A program made the position numbers and the translations under genes. Shown in pieces: positions 12,764 through 29,760 of a DNA stretch of 64,000 nucleotides. The number at the start of each line of letters is the position of its first letter. Positions within the stretch are counted from its first letter, which is position 1. Source of the stretch: Cercozoa sp. M6MM (lineage: Eukaryota; Protista; Endomyxa: Ascetosporea); assembly GCA_040357565.1 (NCBI GenBank), contig JBDODJ010000038.1; one strand, written 5' to 3'. Below the pieces are notes generated by a model. It made no database searches. It had not been told where the DNA came from and saw only the letters and a program-made list of their open reading frames with translations.

Positions 12764-13029
12764 GTTTGGCAGACGTGAGAGGCGAGGATCCTGAGTTCAA
12801 GCTCAAAACAAGCAAGAACTGCAATGAAGAGAATTCTGAGAAATTCAGAGCGATCAGTGCACGTCACTACACTTTCAAAGTGATATTTCTATTGGTGGGA
12901 ACGTGTATGCTGGGCTTCGCGATGCTCTTGATTGGACTGCTGGATATAACAAAAATATTAAGCTAGAAAATTGACTTATGTGGATAAAGACGAGCAGCTT
13001 GGGCGTGTGGTAGCACAGTGGTTGTGCGT

Positions 13030-14329
13030 ATGGAGGAGTTTTGTGACGATGTAATATCCTGATGAGCCCCATGAATTGTGTTGCTTGATATGTAGCCCCT
13101 TGGTTTTGGATGTAGTGTTTGCGAGTCGTCGTGTCGCAAGTGTGCCTCCAAGTGCCTTAAATTTACGTAATGTTCAAAAACAGTTTATGTTGAGTCTAAT
13201 CAGGCCGGTTTCGATGGCGGTGCGGAGGAGGGAGCGATCGATACACTTGCCTCACTGATGAGGCACTTTGTTGAGGAGGTTGGCAGGTATCTCCAGTCAG
13301 TTTGAACAACTTGTGAGACTTGAGAGGTTGAGTTTGGGGTCTTAGAGAAGCAGCGGAAATCGCGCATGATCGTGGCTGCTCATCAGTCTCGTATTTCGCA
13401 CTCATCGACGCTCTGACAGAGCTGGGCTGGTGCCATCTTGCTTACTCCTTCTACATGTGTTCCATGTACTTTTCTAAACGAGTAGTCCGCCGTCGGAGCT
13501 CCACAAATTCGCCAAAACTGACTCTGTTTCTGACTTGGTGCACCAGTTTATCTGTCTTTACTTTTATTGCAAGCCTTTACTTTGATTCCAAGCCTTTTTT
13601 GTTGACTGAAGCTACACACGGTGCTGGAAGGCACCGAGGTGCCAGTGCCGTGTGATCCGGTTATTTTGGGCGCTTCTGCACTGCGTCGACACCGCAGCGA
13701 CGCCGATGAACGACCTGAAGTATCACTTTATTATATTTCAAAATGTCTCATCATATTAAGTTTGTTCAGCACATTCCAAAGTCGCTGCCGTCGCTGCCGG
13801 ACCCTCACACCTACGCGAACACGCAAGTAACGGCCAAGGCGAAAACTCGGCGGTATTTTCTTTTTACTTCTTTCTGCTTTATCGACTGTTTTTTTTTTGT
13901 AGAAAGCGACTGCGTGCGCGACAGGAGACGCGACGACAGCTGAGTGCACTGGCAGCAAAAGCACGTGTCACACTGCAAACGAGCGAGCATGCGCCAACTC
14001 ATGATGTAGCATACTTAAGTTTTCACGTTTCCCTTTCTCTGGCACTCTTTTCTCGCGTACAGGAAGACGAGGCCGAAAGTGACGAGGATGACGCCTTGTT
14101 CAATGTCGGTAAGTCCAGGAAGAAGCAAGCCACTGAGCAGGCTGGAGTCAGAGCTAGCACGGCTGAGTCGGCTGCCACCAACTCCAACAGCGATTGCATG
14201 CAGGTGCTCCAGTTGTCTCTGCTTCAGTCTTGTTTTTCGGTTCAAAATGGCACAATTCTTTTGCAGGACGATGCGCCAACTGTCGCCGAAGAAGCGAGTT
14301 CGGCCCCTCAGATCGACATTTTTGGATAA
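13030..14329 (+). CDS. TAF8: TFIID subunit TAF8
   Basis: Histone-fold LRVVVSQVCLQ|AGFDG..AIDTLASLMRHFVEEVGR...DALTELG and the TAF8 signature HIPKSLPSLPDPHTY. Confidence 0.88.
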
Positions 14330-14333
14330 AATC

Positions 14334-14385
14334 TTGTGTCTAGGATAGGTGAATCCTAGACACAACTAACTAACTATAACTAACT
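14334..14385 (+). repeat. perfect 13-bp hairpin followed by an (AACT)n tract
   Basis: TTGTGTCTAGGAT-aggtga-ATCCTAGACACAA, then CTAACTAACTATAACTAACT. Confidence 0.85.
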
Positions 14386-14732
14386 CAGCGAACAGCTAAC
14401 GTCAGCAGTTTTTGCCAAAACGGCTTGTAGCGAAGGCTAGCACAAACCAGCTTTGCTGGACAGTACGGTAGACATCATTTGTGCTCTGGAGGATGTCTAT
14501 TGAACCCAAGACCTGGTTCAAGCCTTGTTTTTATTTTTGGGTCCGCATTCGTCCACTCTGGACAAATGCGAAAAATCTGTTTTTGCAAGACAACGCCTCT
14601 TGTTGTGCTCCGATCACTGTGCAGGTACTAAAACATTTGTCGGCACGTGTGTGTGGCTGCGTGAAGTGCAAAAACTCGTTTATTTCGAGCTCAGACAGAG
14701 GAGTACCTTGAGTCTCAGCCAGTAAGTCAGCA

Positions 14733-16057
14733 ATGTCGCTCGCGATCGATGGCCAGCGTATCTCGGGCCAGGAGGTGCGCCAGCAGAATGTGATGGCAGC
14801 GTTGGTACAATAGACTGTTTTGCTTTTGTTCGATTTGTATTTCGTCATGATTGTCTGTGTGTTTGTGTTTGTTGCAGTCGGTGGCGAACATTGTGAAGTC
14901 TTCGCTTGGCCCGGCAGGTCTGGACAAGATGCTTGTGGATGCAGTTGGCGACGTGACGATCACGAACGACGGCGCAACGATCCTGAAGCAGATGGAGGTA
15001 TAGTGTGTGTGTTTTCTGCCTTTGAATGGGTCTGGTAGTGCTTGCAACTTGCCAGGTGGAGCACCCGGCGGCGCGTGCGTTGGTGCAGTTGTCGCAGCTG
15101 CAGGATGAGGAAGTCGGTGATGGCACTACTTCGGTATCGCTACGTTATTATACCCTTTAAGCCTCTTACCCCCGGTGTAGGTGGTTGTGCTGGCGGCCGA
15201 GTTGCTCAAGCGTGCGAACGAATTGGTAGCCAACAAGATCCACCCGACTTCAGTGATTGCTGGTGCTTTACCCCTACCCTTCACCTTCTTTACCTTAACC
15301 CCCCCATGACCTTGACCCCCCCCCCCCATAACCTTGACCCCCCATGAATAGGCTTCCTGCGTGCGCGCAAGATGTCGGTCAAATTCATCGCCGAACGACT
15401 CACGAAGAAGGTGGTCGACTTGCCCGAGGTATTGGCTCTCTTTACCCCCTGCCCTTACCCCCTACCGCTCCCTTACCCCTTACCATACCCCTTACCCCTT
15501 ACCCCTTACCCCTTGCCCCCCACCTTAGGAGGCCCTCAAGAGCGCTGCCATGACGACGCTGTCGTCCAAGGTTCTCGCACTCTTACCTCCCACTCATCCC
15601 CCTTACCCCCCTCCCCTTGCAGGTGATCGGCATGGACAGCGACTTCTTCGCGCAGATGTGCGTGGACGCCATGCGTCGCGTCAAGACGGTGTCGCCGTCC
15701 GGCAAGGCCAAGTACCCGGTCAAGGCCATCAACGTACTCAAGGTACCACCCGTTGTACTGTCCACTTGTACTGTCCACTTGTACTGTTCATTTGTGTCGT
15801 CCATTTGTACCGTCCTGTTGTACCGTCTGTTTTTGTTAAAGGTGCTGGGTCGATCCACTGCCGAATCGCAACTTGTCGACGGTTTCGCACTGCCGCAGAC
15901 GCGTGCCGCTCAGGTAGATTACTTGGGAGTATATATGGGGGGTAAAGAGGGGGGTATAATCTCTAGGGCATGCCATCGCGTGTGGAGAACGCCAAGATCG
16001 CACTGCTCGATTTCGACCTGCGCAAGAGCAAGATGGCCTTTGGCGTGCAGGTAGTGT

Positions 16058-16147
<90 letters not shown>

Positions 16148-17296
16148 NNNNNNNNNNNNNNNNNNNNNNNNNNNNNNNNNNNNNNNNNNNNNNNNNNNNN
16201 NNNNNNNNNNNNNNNNNNNNNNNNNNNNNNNNNNNNNNNNNNNNNNNCCCCCCCCCCAGGTGCTGATCGACGATGTGGAGAAACTCGAGGGCGTGCGACA
16301 GCGCGAGGCTTCGCTTACCAAGGACAAGGTAGTTTTTGGGTCACCTTATCTCCTGACTATTTAAGGGAGCGTCGATGTACAGGTGGACATGCTGCTGGCG
16401 GTCGGTGCCAATGTGATTCTCACTACCAAGGGCATCGATGATCTCGGTCTCAAGTACTTCGTCGACGCTGGTAGTCTATCTTACCCCTTCGTCTGTCTTA
16501 CCTTCCCCCTTCCCCCCCCCCCCCTGTACAGGCGCCATTGCGGTGCGACGTGTCTCCAAGGGCGACATGAAGCGTATCGCCAAGGCCACGGTACTCCTTA
16601 CCCTTCCCCTTATCCCTTTACCCCCCTTATCCCCTCTACCCCCTCCCCCAGGGCGGTCGAATTCTGCTGTCGCTGGCCGATTTCGAAGGCGGCGAATCCG
16701 TGGACGTAGAAGCTTTGGGTACCTAGGTCACTGGTAGCTTTGGCGTGGGTCAGCATCCGCGCGGATGCACAGGTCAGGCACGCGAGGTGGTGGAGGAGCG
16801 TGTGGGCGACTCGGACCTGCTGTACATCAAGGGCTGTGCCACGACGGCAGCGCAGACGATTGTGCTGCGCGGTCCCAACGACTACATGCTCGACGAGGTC
16901 GAACGTTCGCTGCATGATGCACTCTGCGTCGTCAAACGCGTGCTCGAGCACGGTCGTGTCGTGCCTGGCGGCGGTATCCCTTACTCCTTCCCCCCTACCC
17001 CTTACCCCTACCCTACCCTTACCCTTACCCTACCCTTACCCCTTACCCCTACCCCTACCCTTACATCCCTTAAACCCCGACTCCAGGCTGCTGCGAGGCG
17101 GCACTGTCGACCTACTTGGAGCACGTGGCCGATCAGATGGGCTCGCGACAACAACTTGCCATCGCCGAGTTCGCGCAGGCGCTGCTCGTGATTCCCAAGT
17201 GTCTGGCCGTCAACTCGGCACTCGATGCCACCGAACTCGTGTCGAAACTCTGCGCCTACCACAACAAGTGGCAGACTGGCGATGGTACTGCCCCCC

Positions 17297-17347
<51 letters not shown>

Positions 17348-17598
17348 CACACACTACACACTACACACCTTTACCCCCGCCCCGCCCAGACGAGCACTCG
17401 GCGCTGCGCTACGTTGGCCTCGACCTGGAGAAGGGCGGTGTGCGCAACAACCTCAAGGCCGGCGTGCTGGAGCCGGCTCTCAGCAAGATGCGTATGATCA
17501 AGTACGCCACCGAGGCCGCCATCACGGTGCTGCGCATCGACGATCATGTGCGCATGAACAAGGCCGAGAAGCCGAGCAACGCACAGGGTGCCGAGTAG
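14733..17598 (+). CDS. TCP1: chaperonin CCT alpha subunit (TCP-1)
   Basis: [67 protein letters not shown] and [13 protein letters not shown]. About 15 introns, one containing an N gap. Confidence 0.97.
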
Positions 17599-17738
17599 AA
17601 CCGCGCCCCTGCGACTCCGTTTAGCGTATGGAAACTATTTAGTTTGAGTCGAAATCAGGAAGCAAGGCGGGTTAATCGACATGGAACAGTGCCAACAGGG
17701 CCGTATCAGACTAGCTTGTTGTGGTCTAGCCTTCTCGT

Positions 17739-18505
<767 letters not shown>

Positions 18506-18985
18506 GACTGTCTACACAAGAAACAACATGTCGCACAAAAACTGCAAAACACACCAAAAAAAAAAGCACAAGCCACAAAACCGAAATCGGAGCTCTAGCG
18601 CACCAGGGAGTGCTTTGCTGTGTTGCCACTCAAAACCAGCGCGAATCAGAGAGCTCCGGGCAGCACGAAAACGAGAGACACGAAGAGCCACAAAAAACTC
18701 GACACGAGAAAAAACGGGGCCGCCAAGCGGGCTGCACCTCGACTAGTCGCAGTGCTACTGTACCTTATGTGTAGTGATATATCGCTATGACCACGACACT
18801 GCAGGAGGAGGGCTTTCTGCTTTTGGCTCAGGTCCAAGATGGACAAAAATGGACAGCATCGATTGGGCTGGACAAGTTTTGCTCGATTTTTGCAGCCTCT
18901 AGTCGCTGAGCCAGACTGACGTGCATTTCCTCACCTTTTAGGAAGCACAAGCACAGATAGGAACAGGTTAATACCAGGATTCAGC

Positions 18986-20733
<1,748 letters not shown>

Positions 20734-20940
20734 ACGGGCGATTTCGTTCTAAACCGAGACTGGCGTAGCTACACGTTCGCCAAATGTGTGGTATGCACTA
20801 AACACTACCAATTATAGTCACTGAGGCGAGGGCCAAATCGATTGGAATGACTCGTCGACGTCCGCGCGGCTCAATCCGACAGTTAGATCTAGAGTCACGT
20901 CATCGCAGGGCGAACTATAAACCTTTACAGGTATCTTCAG

Positions 20941-22217
20941 ATGGCTCCTCAGCAAGCGAATGCTCCAGTGCTACCTTTAGACTCTCCCCTGGCAGAAGAG
21001 ATTGCCGACGTGGCGAGCTATCGTGACGTAAATTGAAACACTCGTTACATATTGGTGATGCATTGTATGATGGTTCACGATTCGGTGCGTTGCCTCGGGT
21101 AGTATCTCGACTCTAAAACGACGCCAAAAAACTACTGCCAAGTCGAAGATGACGTGAACGAAATCGCAAAGCACAAACACTTACGATATCTGCAGGATAT
21201 CACACTCGTCCAAGACCTCCTGCAGTATACTGGATCCGTACGCATTTTATTTTTCGCTTTACATCGAACACTCAAACACTACTCGACCTTCGGATGTCAA
21301 TTTATGAAAATACCAGCTACCTGGAGGTCCGCATGTGCTGAGCGAAGCTGAGTTCATCTCAGTGCGCGAAGCTATGGAGTTGGTAAGTCGGTTGTACAGT
21401 ATGTTTATGGGTTTACGGACGGGAAACTGAAGTTGTTTGTTGCAAGAACAGAAGCGAAAACCCGTTGCGCGCAAAGAGTTTCTCTGCAGCATCGGCTACG
21501 ATGTTAGTCACTCTCCTCTGCTTTACGAACTGATGAAACGAGAGCGTGAGGTACGTGAAGGTCGTCTGCTAACCATCATTTTCGTTCGAACGCACCTACA
21601 ACCAAAACAAGCTTCACCGACGGAAAAAGGGGAGGAAGCCGTCTCCGGCTCCGAGAAACCTCACAAAGAAATTGAGGAAACTGGCAATGTCAGTGAGGTT
21701 TCCGCCTACATTGATTTTGCACAAAGGCTCGCAAGTGAGTTTTCTCCGGATCTGTCAGTTCTATGTTTTATGCGAGAGTGTTGTGCCCCGCAGCTGATAA
21801 CTTTGAAGATTACTTCGCGGGAAAGCGAAAGCTGCAGCCTCGGCCAAGTGACCTCAGTTACTTTGCTCACCAAAGCTGCCGTGTGAGTAGCAGTAACACG
21901 CAAGTAAGCTCCCTATCTCTTAATTCGGGTCTAAATTTGCCCTTCCCTGGCGTAGAACTTCAGCGTGGAGCTCAGCAGCGAAGTTGAGATGTACGATGGA
22001 GTGCGACGACGCCAAGGCATCGTATTCAAGAACTTGCGCAGTCGCAAGTACGTCTTCGTCGATGAAGGTACACTAGTAGACTGGCGGATCCTAGTTGTGT
22101 TACTGTCAGTTTACGACAGACCTTGGCGAAATCGATACGCGGGGTGGCGCTGTTCGCGTCGACATTGCCGATGATGCGTACGACCAAGTTGTGCTCTTCG
22201 ACGTCAAGTGTCGATAA
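20941..22217 (+). CDS. CFAP299: cilia- and flagella-associated protein 299 (DUF4464)
   Basis: YRDYLDS, KREREVREGRLLTIIFVR, EVSAYIDFAQRL, YFAGKRKLQPRPSDLSYF and YDQVVLFD match the family pattern. Confidence 0.8.
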
Positions 22218-22366
22218 GAACTACGGGTATCAGCATCGTTCAGCGCCTGCCGCCGACTAAGACCATTGTAAATTCGATGATCGTGTAAAATTTGTATCGA
22301 CGGCAAAAAAAAATACTCGAAACTGAATCTGGAGTCATGCATGTTCGAGTTCGCTCCGGAAACAAG

Positions 22367-23461
22367 TTAGTCGTTACGTCCATTGAGGCAAGAGTACTTG
22401 ACAAAGGCATCGCACTTGGAACCGGGGCGGAACTCCCAGTGCCACGTCTCACTTGGCACTGCAATAAACATAACCAACACACCATATCGGTAAATTTCCG
22501 AACATCAGTCCGCGCGGATCGTATTTGATCATTGACAAAACAGGGAAAGAGAAAACCATAAAGCTACCAGTGCGAACAAAGCCAAAGTGCTGCGCGTTGC
22601 GCGTAAGCCATCGGTAGATGTTGCTGTTGCTGACGCTGATATCGAGCGCTTTGCCGTTCTGGTGATTCGAATAGCCGGGACGACCGGCAAGGTTGCCGTT
22701 GTTGCACTTGTTGACACCAAAATGTTGCCTGTTCGAATGTATTGCGTGACATGGGGACACTGAAGCAATAAGAACATTTTACTTGATCATGTAGCAGCGA
22801 TAGAAGTATTCTTGCTCATCCATGGTCCGAAAGCCCGATGTGATGGTCAAGGCATACGGACAGGCACGGTTCATGTCGTCGCTACAAAGTCGTTGTTGCA
22901 CAAAACACACCAACAGCAACAAAACACAAAGGTACAATGCGCGAGCAGTCTCAACAATCACGGGACGGTTGTTAATGCAGGTGCCTGAGTGGACAGCCAG
23001 TGAAAGCACAAGTTGTTGCAAGGAAACAAAGTAGGAGATACATGTGCGTGGGCCGAGATTGCGGCCTTGTTCATAAGCATCGCCGCAGTTCCAGTAGTGA
23101 GCTACAGGCACAGCCAATAGTTGAAGTAAGTTGAAGCAAGTAAAGTCCCCAAGCTTTCAGGAGAAAAGTTACAGCGCGGTGTCGAGCAGCGCGCGTTTTG
23201 CCTAGTACATGTAAGAACTTCTAGCATGTGCATGCACAAGAAAAATACGCGAAGCTAGGTTTACATGTTCCGATCCTGAGCCGGGTCGTACCCCGTATAG
23301 CAACATTTGACATTCCAAGGATCGTTCGGACACAGATTCGTCGTTGTTTGGCCCGTGCATCTCGACTGATCGACGCACTTGGAGCCCAGAAATGCGCACG
23401 TCAGTTTGAACGCGTTTGCCGCATGGAAGATCGTCAACACAAAAACACACAATCCCAACAT
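22367..23461 (-). CDS. secreted peptidase M15B/VanY-like (D-Ala-D-Ala carboxypeptidase fold) with a Cys-rich N-terminal module
   Basis: Signal peptide MLGLCVFVLTIFHAANA, then C..C..CPNDPWNVKCC, ITSGFRT..EQ, PGYSNHQNGKALD (SxHxxGxAxD) and ETWHWE (ExWH). Spliceosomal introns are present. Confidence 0.9.
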
Positions 23462-23840
23462 CCCGGCGTCCCCTTTTAATACAATCGTATCGTCAACAAA
23501 AAGGGTTTAAAGGTATCGTTTGCCGTCTCGCACTCTCACGGACATTCTAAGACCAATGACAAGCCTCTCCGCGACGAGAACACTCGAGAACGACCGAGAT
23601 CACCCTTTGATCAACTCAAGTATCAAGCCGTTGACTGGTTGGCAGCACAACAACAGTCTGGCAGTTTTCTCTCGTCTCGATCGGTCAAGGTATACGCAAT
23701 ATCTGACAGAAAACACTGATATTGGGGACCACGTCGCTAACACATTCATTTTGTTCCCAGTCGCTGTCCAACTAAACTTGCTTTTGACAAAAATCTGTTG
23801 AGTCGAGTTAATTGACCGGATGAGTGCACAAACACTGAGG

Positions 23841-25239
<1,399 letters not shown>

Positions 25240-25771
25240 TCTTAGTAGGGTGCTTGTTACTCAAAGTGGGGACGGTCCGATTGCGCTGTTTTTAATCATT
25301 ATTTTTCGTTTTTGGAGTGCCCGATTGTAAAGTGCCAACAACGACCGGTTCTCATTCACTGTCCGTTGATTTACAGCACAGCCGAGCAACCCAACTGTCT
25401 CACCACGCTTCCGAAAGTTTAGACTTGGAGGAGGTCGTCCGGTCGTAAGGGCAAGGTTGGTCGTTTTTTGCCAGTTGGGTGTGACCCATAAGATCGAGTG
25501 GGTCATTCGCATATCATTCGGCCAACCGGAAACGCGTGTCACTCGCCTACGGTGCCACCACCACTTTGATTGCAACTCGTTTGTGCGGTGGTGGTTTGCC
25601 TGGACTTGTGTGAGAGCGTCAAAGTCGTTGTGTTGCGCCTGTCGCCGATTACTCACTGTACTTTTTTGATCGAACTGTGATCGTGCACGAGATCCGCATC
25701 CAAATAATGCGACCGCTTTGAGCATTTTACCGTGGGCTGGCGTGTGCGCGTTGTAGTATCCTGTGCATAGG

Positions 25772-28700
25772 ATGTCGGGCAGCGAGCAAGACGATATATT
25801 TCCTGGTTTCTTGTTCTCTTTTTTTGTGCTCGTTCGTCGATCGGCCAGCGGACGACTGTTCGTGTGGTTTTTTAGAGTGGAAAGACTACCTCGGCACGCT
25901 GTCGCTCGACTGGCAGCTTCTATCTTTTCCTTCGGTACCACACAGACATGCACGACATAGGCTATCTGACTGTTTGTTCTTAGTTGGCCTTCCCCGTCAA
26001 ATCCGATCAGTATGCTGCGCTGGTAGTGTTTGTTTCAGTTGTGCGTAAGTGTCATTGTATGTTCTTGTGAACGTTGCACCGCAGTACACGAAGCACGTGA
26101 TCCACGTGACGGCGACGCATCTCGTCGAAACTGAGCGGTTCCGCGAAAAGCGACGCTTTGACTTGGTATCTCTCACTCCCCTCTGGCTCTCCGTTGGCAC
26201 ATCCTCGTTCATGCAGAGTACGCTGTCGCGCGTACGCGCGATTGGCCAAGACAAAATCGCTTTCCTCGTGGATGGGCGTCGTTCCGATAAAGTGCAGCTG
26301 CTTACCCAGGTACCAGTTTGACTTAAACAATTTTCTCAAAACAAAACAATGTTTTCTTCAGATGGATCGCGATGAGTGCTTTAGTGCTCTCAGTTCAATC
26401 GTTCATGACCTTACTGTTTCGCGTCGGTACATCATTCTGCCCTGTTTTCAATCAGGCTGTTTTAGGTCTGCCTGCGTGCGTATGAGCAGTGCGCGTCGGA
26501 TGGACCATCTGAAACCATCGGCTTCCGGAGTTCTCGAACTGCACCGAGGCATGGTACTGCGTGGAACTGGGTGGTGGAACTGTGTAATCAAAGAATAAAA
26601 CTGGACCGAACGCAGGTCGAATTCGAGAACCAGATTGACGACGACGACGACGATGGCAGTGGCAGCAGCAGCAGCAGTAAACTGCGACGCGTGAAAAAGA
26701 TGAAACCCAAGCGCCGGTTTGCATTCTTCAACTCTTTTTCTGGCAAAATTTTGTTTCATTGTCATCTCTTGCACAGATTCGCCAAAGTTCAGCCAGGCCG
26801 CGTCCTGATCTACAAGACCGAAAGCTCACCGCTGCCTTACTCGATTATCACGCTGGTACCAAAGCACCGTCTTACCAGAAGCTTGCTACTCTGGATCGTT
26901 TAGAGGAATTGTGAAATTGCGGTGCGCTCAACGACTTCGTTTGACCTGTTTTCGCCCAGGTATGACTTTTTCTCGCATTTTGGCTGGTGTGGAAAGCTGG
27001 TGTGAAACTCAAAAACTGAAAACAGGGGCAAGTTGACGTTTAAAGCTGTCAACGGCTTTGCTGACGCACTCAAGGTACATAGAGTGCACGGAACGTGGCA
27101 TGTGCGCAAACTGGTCACTCGCTGTAGTGGGTCCGCGCGTATCGACTGGCCATGGCGGTCTCTCGGTTCCAGCAACGCCGATCGGTGCCACGCCACTTTT
27201 AGTTTTTTAATTTTTTTAACAATTCAAAATGCTCCCATTGTGTAGATGGAACAGTGGAGGTATGACAAGTCACTAATCGATGGCGCCATTGAGGTGTGCA
27301 GACTGTTTGTGTTGCTTTTTCTTTTTTTTTTGTATTCTTTCGAAAAAACAAAGGTATTCAACTTGTCCGGTCGCTCGCCAGCGCCATCGCCGCAGCGTCC
27401 TGCTAGAACTCTCGGTATGTTTAGTGTTATCTGCAGTGTGCTCGAGGACATTGACTGGGTCTTCAGACACGCTGAAGGTGGACACGACATCCGCAGCTTT
27501 GTCTCGACACTCGTCAGCTTCGTCGCTTTCTGGCATCAACCCGTAAAACGTGCTTTCTCTAGATTCTGTTAGCCTGGGTACGAAAGCTGAACGTGCAGTG
27601 GTGCGGAAACTTGCGTCAACGAAGAGGATGGTAGTTTTGGCTTGTTAGCTTTCTTGAGAGGTGAAAGTTTGTGAGTGTGCTCAGAGGACAGGCACGGTGC
27701 CATCGTGGGTGTGATGTCACCGCGCGGAAACAAACAGTTCGCGCTGCTGCGGCCGTCGGGACTCTGTCTCTGGCTGGGCGAAAGCGACACTGCCACTTCT
27801 CTTTTTAGGTTTGTTCGTGTGGCACATGTTTGTTTGTTTATTTTTGTTTTTTGCTGTTTTGCTTGACATGAAGTGTACACAGTGTGCAGCAAGGCCTGGC
27901 CTCGCTGCTGGAGCACCCGGTGCGACGTTTACGCACAATCGTACCATCAAAGCTTTCAGTTTGTTTGTTCAAAAGAAAACTGGATGATTGTGATGACATC
28001 TCTTTTGTGCAGTCCAAGCAGTACACTTCGTTTGTGCAATCGGTGAAACAGCACCTCGACGTGTCGCGACTCTTCTTGGTACACGCACCCGGTGTCTATC
28101 TGTTCAGTTGACTTGATTGGCTGTATCGAGTTGTTGCTTCGTTCGTTTAGGTGGATTCGCATGCGCAAACTTCGCATGCGCAGATTGAGTTCTGTGCGCC
28201 GCAGTTCGAAACGCAGCGTTTCGCTGTTGGGTATGACTAGTGACTAGTGACCTGTGACCAGTGATCACTGACTGATACACGAACTGATGTGTTCTGCAGT
28301 CGACTTGCAGTGCTGCGTTTGGGTTACTTTGACGTGTCCAATTCGTTGCACTACGAGAATGTACCGGAAGCTTCAACTTTGAATTATTGTTTGTTGAAGC
28401 TTTTTTATTTGGAAAAGGTGGTCGATGCCGCAGCGACGCCGGAAGCGATGGCGAAGGAGTTGATGCAAACTTCGCCTGCTTTCCCGGTAGGTCAGGGTTT
28501 ATTAACTTGAGTTTTCGTGCTTGTACTGATCATTGAGAGTGCAGGAGGATATGGCGTTGCGCGATGTGCTGGTGCGAGATTCGCTTACGCTGCTGCAGAA
28601 CTTGGTACACTCAATGCGCCGGTTGTATTCTTCCTTCTATACCGGTGGACATGTTTGTGAGTAGGCACTTGCACAACACTTGCATGAAAACGCCAGCAAG

Positions 28701-29651
28701 GTACTTTAGACTGTGTTTAGTTTGGTTCTTTTGTACTTTTGAACCTTTGAACCTTGCCGCTGCAGATTCAACTGGGCACGCACCTGCGTTTCGCCGATGT
28801 CGTCGCTGCCATGCGAGAGGTAGCACACAGTTGGCTTCTCTTAATTAAGTGCGTTGTACCGACTGGATGTACAGTCGGCACACACCAATGGCGACAACGA
28901 CGTCAAGAATGCTCGCATGATGGAAGACCTGCGTGAAGTCGCGTATCTTGTGTGTCCGTCGCAAGCACAGATCGATGCCTTCCTGTACCACACCGTGCTG
29001 TATGTGTTTGTAATCTCTCTGTAAGACTGGTCTACAGAGACAACTGCATGGAGGATGACGATAAGGACTGCCGTCTCCTGCTGGACAATGCTGCATTGCT
29101 GCTGCTCATCATGCGTATCATTGCTTTGTGTGTCTGTGTGTATGGATTGTAGGTACTGTGTACTCGCAGGATTTGTGGACCGTCGCATTGCACTGCTGCG
29201 CCAGGTGTTCGAGGTGCTCCTGAGTGCGCGCAAGAGCAGCAAGGCCTCGCAAAAGACGCAGCTGGAGGAAGCGTCGAATGCAGCAGCTGCTGAGCTGGAC
29301 GTGCTGTCTCGACTGTCGTCGTGTACGTCTGCACTTTTCTGTCCATTGCACATGTATCTGTATCTGCCCAGCCATGCCAACACACGACGTGCTGCGCGAT
29401 CTCGTGCGTGTTTGTGTCGACAATGCTGCCGGCTCTGCTGACACAGGTACTCTTATCTTATCTACTCAGTACGTCCGTGTTGTGGACATTGTGTTATGCT
29501 ACAGCGGAAGCAGATGGCATCACGGTCGCGCAAAGGTAATCTCCGTCAAGTTGGTCGTGTCACTTTCAATACAGGCTTATTTGGCAGGACCCAATCGGTC
29601 GAGCACGCCGTGCACTCACTGGAGGAGCGGCGCCGCCTGAAAGCGCCTTGA
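25772..29651 (+). CDS. large multi-exon protein with PH-like segments and a helical C-terminus, function unknown
   Basis: Chain of short GT-AG-bounded exons, with PH-like stretches (KRR|FAKVQPGRVLIYKTESSPLPYSII; KQFALLRPSGLCLWL). It could be more than one gene. Confidence 0.55.
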
Positions 29652-29760
29652 ACGCAACACCGATACGCATTCTATCCATAGCATCCCATCGTTTAGTCAG
29701 TAAAACACAACGTAGGCAGCGCTTCTCGTACCGAGACGAGCGCACGCTACAACAGTAACG

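Noticed and set aside
13059-13110. CTGATGA possible hammerhead ribozyme core in a TAF8 intron
   Set aside because: No stem II followed by GAAA, and no flanking helices.
14733-17598. Introner-type transposable introns in CCT1
   Set aside because: The introns share composition but not alignable sequence, terminal inverted repeats or target-site duplications.
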